Virus record (IMG/VR): IMGVR_UViG_3300035698_035307
Location: 87,521 to 151,520 of that record
Reading direction: 5' to 3' (one strand)
DNA from: a virus
Taxonomy: Duplodnaviria > Heunggongvirae > Uroviricota > Caudoviricetes
Length of the DNA: 64,000 nucleotides
How positions within the stretch are numbered: the first letter of the stretch is position 1; each line of letters starts with the position of its first letter. The notes beneath the pieces were generated by a model. That model searched no databases. It was given only the letters and a program-made list of their open reading frames with translations, and was not told the origin of the DNA. Below, piece after piece: positions 31,347-40,010 of this stretch. The position numbers and the translations under genes are program-made.

Positions 31347-31676
31347 TTATTTAAGTTGATTAAACTGTGCTTGTAAACCTGCTAGTTCAAGCTTCAGAGT
31401 ATCTATTCTTACTGCAATCTCTTCCTTAGATGGTCTATAACTCATTCCCCAATGAGTAGACATAACGAGATTATTATTTTTATGGATATTTCCAGTCTCG
31501 ATACCTAAGTCAGCTGCTAACTCATAGAAGAAACCTATCTTTCTATCGTGATATACATCTTCTTTAAAATCATAAACTGTCTTAGATTCATAGTTGGCTC
31601 CTGCACCATTTATATTATCATCTTTGATTGTTTTGATTATGCCATTGTCAGCAGAATCTATTACGACTGTAACCAT
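31347..31676 (-). CDS. Hypothetical protein (109 aa).
   Basis: ORF; C-terminal coiled-coil-like LKLELAGLQAQFNQLK. Confidence 0.4.
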   Translation of the reverse strand: MVTVVIDSADNGIIKTIKDDNINGAGANYESKTVYDFKEDVYHDRKIGFFYELAADLGIETGNIHKNNNLVMSTHWGMSYRPSKEEIAVRIDTLKLELAGLQAQFNQLK

Positions 31677-31685
31677 TCTCTTACT

Positions 31686-32207
31686 TTATTTAGTTTGTGT
31701 TTCTAATTGCTTTCTTTTCATGTCTTTTTGACGAAAGTTATTCTTTCTGTCAATTACAACATCATACCAAGCATCCATTTGTTTATCTATTTCAGCATTT
31801 ACTTCAGCTTCTGTCCAACCTAAACCAGTATAAAAAGTTTTAAGGTTTTCTCTTTTCTTAACATCTGTTTGTTCAAGGTACCATTCCTTTTGCTTTGTTA
31901 CAGCATCAGTATTTTCTTGGTGGATTCTTTTACCTTCTGTACGGGTCTTATCATACCATTGAATCCATTCAGGTGAACCAAATATAAGCTTCTTCTTCAT
32001 TTTTAATACACCAGCACGTTTGAGATGGTCTCTACGCATTTTTCTATTAAAATTAGATGGGCCTAAAGCTCTTCTCTCAATTTCTGTTTTTTGTTCTTCG
32101 GTAAGTTCAACTTCGTCTTCTTTACCTAAATTCTTCACATAGTTTGCACTTACTGAATCGATAACTCCTGGGCTACCTGTTACTAATTTGTTTTTTTGTT
32201 CTTCCAT
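31686..32207 (-). CDS. Hypothetical basic protein (173 aa).
   Basis: ORF; K/R/E-rich. Confidence 0.4.
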   Translation of the reverse strand: MEEQKNKLVTGSPGVIDSVSANYVKNLGKEDEVELTEEQKTEIERRALGPSNFNRKMRRDHLKRAGVLKMKKKLIFGSPEWIQWYDKTRTEGKRIHQENTDAVTKQKEWYLEQTDVKKRENLKTFYTGLGWTEAEVNAEIDKQMDAWYDVVIDRKNNFRQKDMKRKQLETQTK

Positions 32208-32217
32208 AATAATTTGT

Positions 32218-32742
32218 CTATGAATAATACATTTTAATAGCCTCTTCTAGTCGACTATATACTTTATCAATTATTTCCTGTTTGTTTAATTTATCTTTTG
32301 AGAATTTTATTACTTCTTCGTTTACATCTTCATCGAATGTATCTTGGAGTAATTCTATAACTTCTTTTTTAGGGACGTTTACTTCAAATTCTAACTCAAT
32401 TTTAACTTTGTTATTCTTTGATTGTTTCTCTAGAAGTATTCTTATAGGGTTTGCAGGTTCTACTTTCTGTGCAGCTTGTTGAATCGGAGTATTTTTATTA
32501 CTGTTCTCGTATTTAAGGCCAGTTTCAGCTTCTATATCTAAAGCTTTCGTAGGCTCCATCTTCAATACATCAGCATCAGAATGTATTTGAATCATAAACT
32601 CACCTAAAAGTTGTTGATTCAATTTTCTTTTACTTTCAAATACCATGAAGCCATCTACTGTTTCTACGAACGTTTCAATTGTTCCAGTATTATCACCCTT
32701 TATCCATTGGTATTTTAAAATTGTGTTTTCTATTTCAGCCAT
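32218..32742 (-). CDS. Hypothetical acidic protein (174 aa).
   Basis: ORF preceded by a 194-nt intergenic region. Confidence 0.4.
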   Translation of the reverse strand: MAEIENTILKYQWIKGDNTGTIETFVETVDGFMVFESKRKLNQQLLGEFMIQIHSDADVLKMEPTKALDIEAETGLKYENSNKNTPIQQAAQKVEPANPIRILLEKQSKNNKVKIELEFEVNVPKKEVIELLQDTFDEDVNEEVIKFSKDKLNKQEIIDKVYSRLEEAIKMYYS

Positions 32743-32797
32743 GCAAAATTATTGTTTAATATTATATCCGTGAGTTTTAAATTGTTTAATTATATAT

Positions 32798-32809
32798 CTA
32801 TATATCCCA
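32798..32809 (-). promoter_or_regulatory. Candidate promoter element TGGGATATATAG on the minus strand, upstream of the ATG at 32742.
   Basis: Same motif family as 8723-8734, 24139-24150 and 49753-49764. Lies about 20 nt downstream of the 32831-32864 terminator on the minus strand. Confidence 0.3.
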
Positions 32810-32830
32810 GACAGTCATTTCACCCCATCC

Positions 32831-32864
32831 AAAAAAAGCTGCCTAATGAAAAATAAGCAGCTTT
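32831..32864 (-). terminator. Rho-independent terminator, minus strand, after the patatin gene.
   Basis: Stem aaagctgc / gcagcttt (32835-32842 and 32857-32864) with a 14-nt loop. Plus-strand A7 at 32831-32837 gives a U-tract on the minus strand. Confidence 0.6.
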
Positions 32865-32936
32865 CTTTTGTTTTATATGTAATCTTATTATAGTATTCAG
32901 TACATCTGACTAGAATAACAAGAATCTGTCTAGGGT

Positions 32937-33851
32937 TTATCCTTTGAGTGTTTTAAATCCTTTACCATTTACAATGAAAGATTTCTGACAACCGTTGTTT
33001 TTAATATAGTCATACCCATCGTTCCACCATTTTGTCATTTCTTCTTTATCAAAAACTAACCCGTAATTCTGTACTAATAAAGTAGGAGTATAATAGAAAT
33101 TAATTTTAACTTCTTTAAGGTCTGACTTTAATTGACCAATAAGAACATCACTCATTGAAATTTCTCTCTGCATAAGGTCAATAGTTCTCAACATTACATC
33201 GAACATATTATCTGGATTCCATTTATCTTCTTTATAAAATTCTGGCCTTAAGATGATTACATCGACTTCATCAGCACCATCATCAATAGCTTTCTGTAAA
33301 GGTACGTGTTCCATTACACCGCCATCTAAATAAAGTTCACCATATTTTCTAACAAAATCCATCGCTAAAGGTACACTCGTAGATGCAAGTGTATAATCAA
33401 TATAGTCTTCATATGTTTCATTGAAATTGTCATGAAATTCTACTTGACCTTTATGATAATTAGTAATACAGCAATGTAATTTCTTATTAGCTTTCTTAGT
33501 TGTTTGATAATCGACCGAACTGAACATATCGTAAAGCAGTTGGCGTAACTTACCCGATTCACCTAAAGACGTTTTCTTATTTAAGAATCTCCAAATAGCA
33601 TTCCAAATGCTAAGTTTTCCTTTCTTAGTGAATGGGTTAACCGAGAATATATTCTCAGTAGTCGCATTCGTATAAGACTCTTTTAATTTTTTCATCTCAT
33701 GTAGAGAAGTTAATGTAATAAGTAATGAACCTGTTGAACTACCGAAATATGAATCCCAATCGTATCCAAGTTCTTCTACCATATACTGTAAAGCTCCGCC
33801 GCCCCATGCGCCTTTTGCTCCACCTCCTGATATTACTAATGCTCTTTTCAT
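32937..33851 (-). CDS. Patatin-like phospholipase (304 aa).
   Basis: Oxyanion GGGAKGAWGGG near the N-terminus, nucleophile GSSTG (GxSxG) and a catalytic-dyad DGG (LYLDGGVMEHVP). This is the canonical patatin Ser-Asp dyad arrangement. Confidence 0.8.
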   Translation of the reverse strand: MKRALVISGGGAKGAWGGGALQYMVEELGYDWDSYFGSSTGSLLITLTSLHEMKKLKESYTNATTENIFSVNPFTKKGKLSIWNAIWRFLNKKTSLGESGKLRQLLYDMFSSVDYQTTKKANKKLHCCITNYHKGQVEFHDNFNETYEDYIDYTLASTSVPLAMDFVRKYGELYLDGGVMEHVPLQKAIDDGADEVDVIILRPEFYKEDKWNPDNMFDVMLRTIDLMQREISMSDVLIGQLKSDLKEVKINFYYTPTLLVQNYGLVFDKEEMTKWWNDGYDYIKNNGCQKSFIVNGKGFKTLKG

Positions 33852-34114
33852 TTTTTCTTTTTGTTTTTTCTCTTCTTATTTGGTTTTGAATCAGGCCTTA
33901 CAGTATTAATTTCATACGGGATTTTATCTGAAAGTTCTATAACGTCACCATCTTCAAACTCTAATAAAACTGTATGTGTTTGACTATCATATCTTCTTAA
34001 TTCTTTGATAACTTTGTCACCACCTTCTAAGCTTATAGTTGCACCGAAAAGGCCATCTCCATAAATAGCTTGCTGCCAGATTAAATCTGACAAATTTCTA
34101 ACTTGTATAGCCAT
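33848..34114 (-). CDS. Small protein with a poly-Lys C-terminal tail (88 aa).
   Basis: ORF; ATGA overlap with the patatin gene; C-terminus KPNKKRKNKKKK. Confidence 0.4.
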   Translation of the reverse strand: MAIQVRNLSDLIWQQAIYGDGLFGATISLEGGDKVIKELRRYDSQTHTVLLEFEDGDVIELSDKIPYEINTVRPDSKPNKKRKNKKKK

Positions 34115-34769
34115 AATAAAATATATCTTTTATTGTTTTTACTAATCCTTCCAGTGTTAATCCGGGTGATATCACATAATTCTTTAAACCGCCATCAACA
34201 TATGAGCCAGTACTTTCTATGTAATCCATAATACCATCATAGATATTATTATAATTAGTTCCAATTCTTGCCATATCTTTTACATCAATTGCAAAATTCC
34301 TTACAGCATCCATAAAAGTTTCACCTTGTGTGATACCTAAATACATCATAATAGTTGCCATAAATTCAGGTTGCATCAATCTTGTATGATAACAAGTAGC
34401 TGCTGTTCTTACATCAACTGACCTTACATTTATATGAAGTATAGTAGCTTCTTGTACTGTCATACCCTTTGAAACATAATACCCAACTATAGTTTCATCA
34501 GTTGCTGCACAATATTTACATATGATATCCTTTTCAGCTGTTGATAAACTCCAAAATGGGTCAGATGTATCATCCATCATATTCTTTAATATAAGTCTAA
34601 TGAGACAATAATCTTCGAGTTTTCTTCCTATTATATCTAAATTCGTAACAGACGTAATGTCTTTATACTTTTCAGTATCTAATGTTTGACCAATTACGAA
34701 AAAATTATCCCCTTGTCCCGGGTTCATCATCTTTTCTGGTTTATTTATTAATTCTCCTAAATACCACAT
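34098..34769 (-). CDS. Hypothetical protein (223 aa).
   Basis: ORF; no motif recognised. Confidence 0.4.
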   Translation of the reverse strand: MWYLGELINKPEKMMNPGQGDNFFVIGQTLDTEKYKDITSVTNLDIIGRKLEDYCLIRLILKNMMDDTSDPFWSLSTAEKDIICKYCAATDETIVGYYVSKGMTVQEATILHINVRSVDVRTAATCYHTRLMQPEFMATIMMYLGITQGETFMDAVRNFAIDVKDMARIGTNYNNIYDGIMDYIESTGSYVDGGLKNYVISPGLTLEGLVKTIKDIFYYGYTS

Positions 34770-34791
34770 ATTATATTCTTTGTTTGTTTAT

Positions 34792-36522
34792 TTATTTGTA
34801 TTCTATTTTAATATTATCGACACAGAAAGGTGGGTTACCTCCTATACTTCCGTCATTATGCCATGTAAATACTAAGCGTACAGTATCTCCTATCCAATCA
34901 TCTAATGCAATTACTTCTTTAGTCCAAACTGATGATAAAGAATTATGCTTACCTGAATTATCAGTAGCACCTACTCTGCTTGCAACTGGCAGTTCAGCTG
35001 CTCCAACAGGAGTAGTAGTAGTTGGTACTAAACTGATTAAGCCATAATCATAGCTTGTATCACTAAAACCATTTTCTCCAACACATTTCCAGTATAAACT
35101 TAATCTTGCGGTTGCCCAAGATGAATCAATTGTAAAATCTTTATAGAAGTGTGCTGTTGTAATATCATTTTCATCATATTGTGCTGTTAATGGAGTGTCA
35201 TTTGTAATATATGCACTGTCAGTACCTGAAAAGCTTTCATCTGAACCTATAACCCAATAATTAACACTTGCTGGGTCATCTACTACAGTCCAGCCATTTC
35301 CTGCAAAACTACCACTTAACCATTCTTCAAGAAAATCTACTGACCAAAGATTTTCAAAATCTAAGTAAGAAAATATTGCAATGTTATCTACAGCTATAGG
35401 TTCTGTTCCTATACTGGTGTCATTCTTCCACGTAAATATAATACGTTTGTTTGTTCCTTCTGCACCTTCTATTATACCAATTGCTTCAGCCCATTCATCT
35501 CCTGTAGCTAAAGGTCCAATTATTTGACCACCTGTAGGTACTTCACCTGCTACAGGAGTATAAGTCTGGTCTGCAAGGAATATTGTTAAGTTATCATATG
35601 TTGTTTCACCTGTTCCTACCCACTGTAAACGAACTTTCCAGGTTGAGAAAGGTACATTTGGAATATCAATATCAAAGTAAAAATGAGAATATTGAGTTAA
35701 ATTATTCGTATAAGCCCATGTTACGCCATTGTCATTTGAAATATACATACAATTATCACCACTGAACGCAGTTAAATCTGCAGCAGGTTCACCTTTATAC
35801 CAAGCATTAGTATCATCATTAACGATAGTCATTCTTGCAGTATCTTTATTAGTATCTTCAAAATTACATTCTAATAAATATAAAGGCCTATCAATTAATT
35901 TTAATTCTAAACTTAAATTCCTTGGATTAAAACCATCGCCACTTACAGTATTAGTAAATCTTAAACCATATTGGATAAAATCTTGATTATATTGGTCTAA
36001 CTCTATTATATCTTTCGTATAGATATTTGCAAATCCAGCTGCAGCTGGTGTTGCACCACCAAAACTATTAGCTAATGATGCATTTTTCGCAACTGAAGCT
36101 TCGATATCCCATCTAACTCCTGCATCTTGATTATACCAATGGCCATTTGATTCAACCATAAATCTACCTGAAACATTAGGATATATTTTTTCTGTTACAA
36201 TTGTTGCAAGAGATGAAGATTTCTCAACCCAAGTTAAATCATTAGGTGTAAATATAGTTGGGTACCAACTTTCTGCAGTATAATTACCTTCCTCATAATA
36301 GTGAGTTGTATCATCTTCTACGGCCATATTTGCATTAACTTCTAATGCAACTAGTTGGTCCCACTTCCCATTACCTTTAGCTATCCAGATACCATTTGGT
36401 CTTTCATTTTCTATAATAATAGCTATACTTCCTTTAGGCGCTAAATGGTCAGGTGGTACAATCAAATCCTCATATACCTGATATTCAATTTTGCCTACTG
36501 TTATTCTATTTCTTGCTGACAT
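34792..36522 (-). CDS. Receptor-binding / tail fibre-like protein with an internally duplicated beta-sandwich module (576 aa).
   Basis: N-terminal motif PDHLAPKGSIAII is shared with the next gene (PDHIAPLGSIYV). Two internal repeats end in ...RIIFTWKNDTSIGTEPIAVDNIAI and ...RLVFTWHNDGSIGGNPPFCVDNIKIEY. Confidence 0.5.
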   Translation of the reverse strand: MSARNRITVGKIEYQVYEDLIVPPDHLAPKGSIAIIIENERPNGIWIAKGNGKWDQLVALEVNANMAVEDDTTHYYEEGNYTAESWYPTIFTPNDLTWVEKSSSLATIVTEKIYPNVSGRFMVESNGHWYNQDAGVRWDIEASVAKNASLANSFGGATPAAAGFANIYTKDIIELDQYNQDFIQYGLRFTNTVSGDGFNPRNLSLELKLIDRPLYLLECNFEDTNKDTARMTIVNDDTNAWYKGEPAADLTAFSGDNCMYISNDNGVTWAYTNNLTQYSHFYFDIDIPNVPFSTWKVRLQWVGTGETTYDNLTIFLADQTYTPVAGEVPTGGQIIGPLATGDEWAEAIGIIEGAEGTNKRIIFTWKNDTSIGTEPIAVDNIAIFSYLDFENLWSVDFLEEWLSGSFAGNGWTVVDDPASVNYWVIGSDESFSGTDSAYITNDTPLTAQYDENDITTAHFYKDFTIDSSWATARLSLYWKCVGENGFSDTSYDYGLISLVPTTTTPVGAAELPVASRVGATDNSGKHNSLSSVWTKEVIALDDWIGDTVRLVFTWHNDGSIGGNPPFCVDNIKIEYK

Positions 36523-36523
36523 A

Positions 36524-37129
36524 TTATAAACCTATTCTTTGTGTTATTATAATTGCATGTAATGGTATAACTGTTTGTGAACCATTAGTGCTTCTAATTC
36601 CTATTTGAAGAGTATCAGTACTTTCTAAATCAATTGTTCCAATTGCAGTTGCATTATTTGTAGTCAATATAGACGAAATTGTAGTTCCACTATAATCTCC
36701 TGCAGCAGGGTTATTACCATTTTTAGAAATACCTACTTCTACATCTGCTGCTGTTCCTGCTGAATATTGGAAAGTTACAATTGCTGTACTTTTAAATCTA
36801 CCTGGCGTTTTATTACAAACTAAAGCTCCTGCTGTATTTATTACTCCACTGAATTCGCCGTCAGTAAATGTAATTCCTGAAACATCTTTTAATTTAGTCC
36901 ATGTTGATGTTAATGCTACTGTCTGAGTAGAGTCGTTATAAAATATAGAACCATATGCAACTTTTTGAGCTGCAGTCCATATTGTTCCTCCACTTGCATT
37001 AACGAATAAGTTAGAAGAAACAGTATCGACATATATTGAACCTAATGGCGCAATATGGTCTGGAATTCCTTCACCACTTTGTACTAATACTTTACCTAAA
37101 CTCTTTGATGATAATTTTGTTGTTGCCAT
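36524..37129 (-). CDS. Small fibre-like protein sharing an N-terminal attachment motif with 34792..36522 (201 aa).
   Basis: N-terminal ...GKVLVQSGEGIPDHIAPLGSIYVDTVSSNLFVNASGGTIWTAAQ parallels ...GKIEYQVYEDLIVPPDHLAPKGSIAIIIENERPNGIWIAKG. Confidence 0.5.
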   Translation of the reverse strand: MATTKLSSKSLGKVLVQSGEGIPDHIAPLGSIYVDTVSSNLFVNASGGTIWTAAQKVAYGSIFYNDSTQTVALTSTWTKLKDVSGITFTDGEFSGVINTAGALVCNKTPGRFKSTAIVTFQYSAGTAADVEVGISKNGNNPAAGDYSGTTISSILTTNNATAIGTIDLESTDTLQIGIRSTNGSQTVIPLHAIIITQRIGL

Positions 37130-37132
37130 GTT

Positions 37133-39979
37133 TTATACTTTTTTATACCAGCTTGATGACCAATTTATTGTAGTACCATCTATACCAGTTATTTCTATAT
37201 CTAATTCTCCTGCACTATTACCTTCAAATGTAACTGCAGTTGGTTCTAAACCACCTTGACTATCAACATCTGAACTTACAAATTCAACATGTATTACGCC
37301 ATCTAATTTTCGTACAACAAGTGTTCTTTCCCATGCTCCAAACTCAAGTGCTGTACTCGTTGGTGCAAGAGCTTTTATAAATACTTTATATACTGAGAGA
37401 TTATCATCTTCTATATTAATAATTGAATCTATTATCTCAGGTGTTGCATCAGTTGTTGTAGTTGTTTCTGTAGTTGATTTACTTACCCATTTTAAACCAG
37501 TTGCAGTACTCGAGTCAGCTGATAAAAGTTGGTCATCAGTACCGGCTGGTAATCTTGTATCGACTGTACTAAACGTATAGATATCACCTTTAGTTGTTAA
37601 TGGGCTTGAACTTCCACCATCAGCCCATTCTAAAGCTGTAGCGCCTGCATTTACTCTAAGTACTTGAAGACTTGTGCCGATTGAAAGTTTAGCTGCTGTA
37701 TCTAAACCAGTACCTACTGCTAAGTCACCAGCTGCATCCCAAATGGTATCAGTTGCAACATCTCCACCTGGAGCTGAAACAAATTGTACATCACCATCAG
37801 TATTTTCAATACGTAAATATTTACCAGTATTATCAACGCCATCATCTAACCTCAACGTAATATTTTTAGTAACTGCGTTTTCAACATGTGACCATAAGCC
37901 AATTTTAGTATCAGTGATACCAGTTCTTTTTAAGTTTGCAACGACACCAACTGCAGTACCTGAAGCTACAGAAGCTTCAAAAATACCTCCAATATTAGTA
38001 CCATATGTAGCTAAAGCACCTAAGCCATCTTGTCCATTTGAACATGATGCACCATAAATACCTGAATTATATGATTGGTTTGTTGCAGTTCCTTCTGCAC
38101 CTACGCCATATGCACTCGAACCGCTTGCATTTCCTTTTATTCCTTTATTAGAAAATGTAGAATCTCCTGCTGTACCTTTTACACCGATTGATGTACTACT
38201 TTCACTACCAAGACTTGCAGCACCTGCAATTCCGGCAAGACCTATATTCATTGATGTTCCGTTTTGAGCACTTGCTAAAATACCAGTAGTTACAGTATAT
38301 GCTAAATTTGCTGTTACTCTAATCATTGCATCAAACACAGTTGAAGTACCTCCAAGTGATATGAAAGTGCCACCGTCATATAATAATGACGAGCCAATAG
38401 TATCTGAATCAATCCACTTTGTAACATAATCTGCAGTACCAGAACCATCTGTCAGTGAAACTTGATTCCCATTATAGTCTAATAAACCTGCAGTATTTTC
38501 TGTTAACTTGCTAAGTACTGGAATATCTAAACTTTGGAAGTCAGTATATTCAGTAGCAGTTATATGATAATATTCATCAACTATACCACCTTGCAATCCA
38601 ATTAAATTATTATGGTCTGTTGCGCTCGGTGCAACACCTGTTAAAACATTATAATTATTATCTCTAACATCAACAATATCACTAATAGCTGCGTTACGTG
38701 CATTAGCTGGAGTTGAGTCTGCTTTAATAAGTAATATGTATAAAATCTTTAATTCAGCAAATGGTAATCCTGTTAATGATAAATTAGCAAAATTATCCAG
38801 AGCTGCATTTCTTGCGTTATTACGTGTAGTTTCATCGCTCTGACCTTGTATAATAAGTACAGGTTCGTTAACATCAGTTGTTGCTGCAACATAAACATAA
38901 GTCCAATCATTATTAGGTACTTGTACTTGTGTACCTACGCCTCCTGTAATTGAATTGTATGTTGGTCTAGTTCCATCCCATTTAATAGGATATTGTGTAG
39001 CTGTATCTTTCTTCCAAACTGTACCGTCTTTATAAAATATCGGAAGATAAGCAGCTTTAATACCACCTGTGTCTAATGCCAACCTTTGTTCAAAGTTAAC
39101 AGCAGGTGTATCACTTTCTACAATATCAACTTGAAGTTCTTCGTCAAAAATAGTACCTCCTGAAAGATATAATTGGATATCATCACTAGTTTGTCCACCC
39201 ATTGTACCGTCCATACCGTAATTAAATCCTGTATAGTATTTAGCACCTTCTGTAAGGTGTATCGCTAAGTGTAATGCTTGATTACGTTTAGCATAATGAC
39301 CTTCATATGCTACAATTGTTGCTAACTTTGTTACTGCAGTATCATCTAATTCAACGAATGCAATATAAGCTGCAGGTCCAGGGTTAGGAACTGCCTCATC
39401 ATGTCCAAATATTAAACCAGGTACATTAGCAGGGTCAGTAGTTTCTGTAAGTATGCCAGCTGAATTAAAATAAATAAAGTGAGGTCCAGTTGTATCTGAA
39501 ATAACGATTGATTTTGTAGTACTGACTGTAGTCATTTGACCTTCAAGCCAATAATCATAAGATGTACCTGTTGTTATTTCAAGAGTTCTTGTAGCTTCTG
39601 TATAAGATAATTGTATATCAGCTTCTGGTAAAGGTTCAAATCCAGTTCCTGTACCTAAACTATCTGGGTCAGAAAGATTCTCAAGTAAAGCAATTGGCTT
39701 CCAAGTATCAGTATAGAGTTGAAGGATATCATCATCATATTGTACCATTCCTGCTGTACCGCTTCCTGATACTGCTGCACTTATAGTAATAGCCTCCATA
39801 AGGTTTAACTGTGTGTTTATGTTCACGGCAGAATCCGTCAGTTGTATCAGATTAACTGTATTAAGAAGTATATTTCCATTACTTCCATCATAGTCTATCT
39901 GTATCTGATTAGAAGCATCTGTACCTATCTGGAGATTACTTTCTTTTCTTATTTCAAAATTGCTTAATTGTTCTGACAT
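37133..39979 (-). CDS. Tail fibre protein (948 aa).
   Basis: Ser/Thr/Gly/Ala-rich long ORF within the fibre gene cluster. Confidence 0.55.
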   Translation of the reverse strand: MSEQLSNFEIRKESNLQIGTDASNQIQIDYDGSNGNILLNTVNLIQLTDSAVNINTQLNLMEAITISAAVSGSGTAGMVQYDDDILQLYTDTWKPIALLENLSDPDSLGTGTGFEPLPEADIQLSYTEATRTLEITTGTSYDYWLEGQMTTVSTTKSIVISDTTGPHFIYFNSAGILTETTDPANVPGLIFGHDEAVPNPGPAAYIAFVELDDTAVTKLATIVAYEGHYAKRNQALHLAIHLTEGAKYYTGFNYGMDGTMGGQTSDDIQLYLSGGTIFDEELQVDIVESDTPAVNFEQRLALDTGGIKAAYLPIFYKDGTVWKKDTATQYPIKWDGTRPTYNSITGGVGTQVQVPNNDWTYVYVAATTDVNEPVLIIQGQSDETTRNNARNAALDNFANLSLTGLPFAELKILYILLIKADSTPANARNAAISDIVDVRDNNYNVLTGVAPSATDHNNLIGLQGGIVDEYYHITATEYTDFQSLDIPVLSKLTENTAGLLDYNGNQVSLTDGSGTADYVTKWIDSDTIGSSLLYDGGTFISLGGTSTVFDAMIRVTANLAYTVTTGILASAQNGTSMNIGLAGIAGAASLGSESSTSIGVKGTAGDSTFSNKGIKGNASGSSAYGVGAEGTATNQSYNSGIYGASCSNGQDGLGALATYGTNIGGIFEASVASGTAVGVVANLKRTGITDTKIGLWSHVENAVTKNITLRLDDGVDNTGKYLRIENTDGDVQFVSAPGGDVATDTIWDAAGDLAVGTGLDTAAKLSIGTSLQVLRVNAGATALEWADGGSSSPLTTKGDIYTFSTVDTRLPAGTDDQLLSADSSTATGLKWVSKSTTETTTTTDATPEIIDSIINIEDDNLSVYKVFIKALAPTSTALEFGAWERTLVVRKLDGVIHVEFVSSDVDSQGGLEPTAVTFEGNSAGELDIEITGIDGTTINWSSSWYKKV

Positions 39980-40010
39980 TTCTTAAGTCTTTATTTTATT
40001 GTTATATTAT

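Noticed and set aside
32743-32936. 194-nt intergenic region examined for a tRNA or small RNA gene
   Set aside because: No cloverleaf-compatible segments (no GTTC-type T-arm with a matching acceptor stem). The content is better explained by a terminator hairpin plus promoter-like elements.
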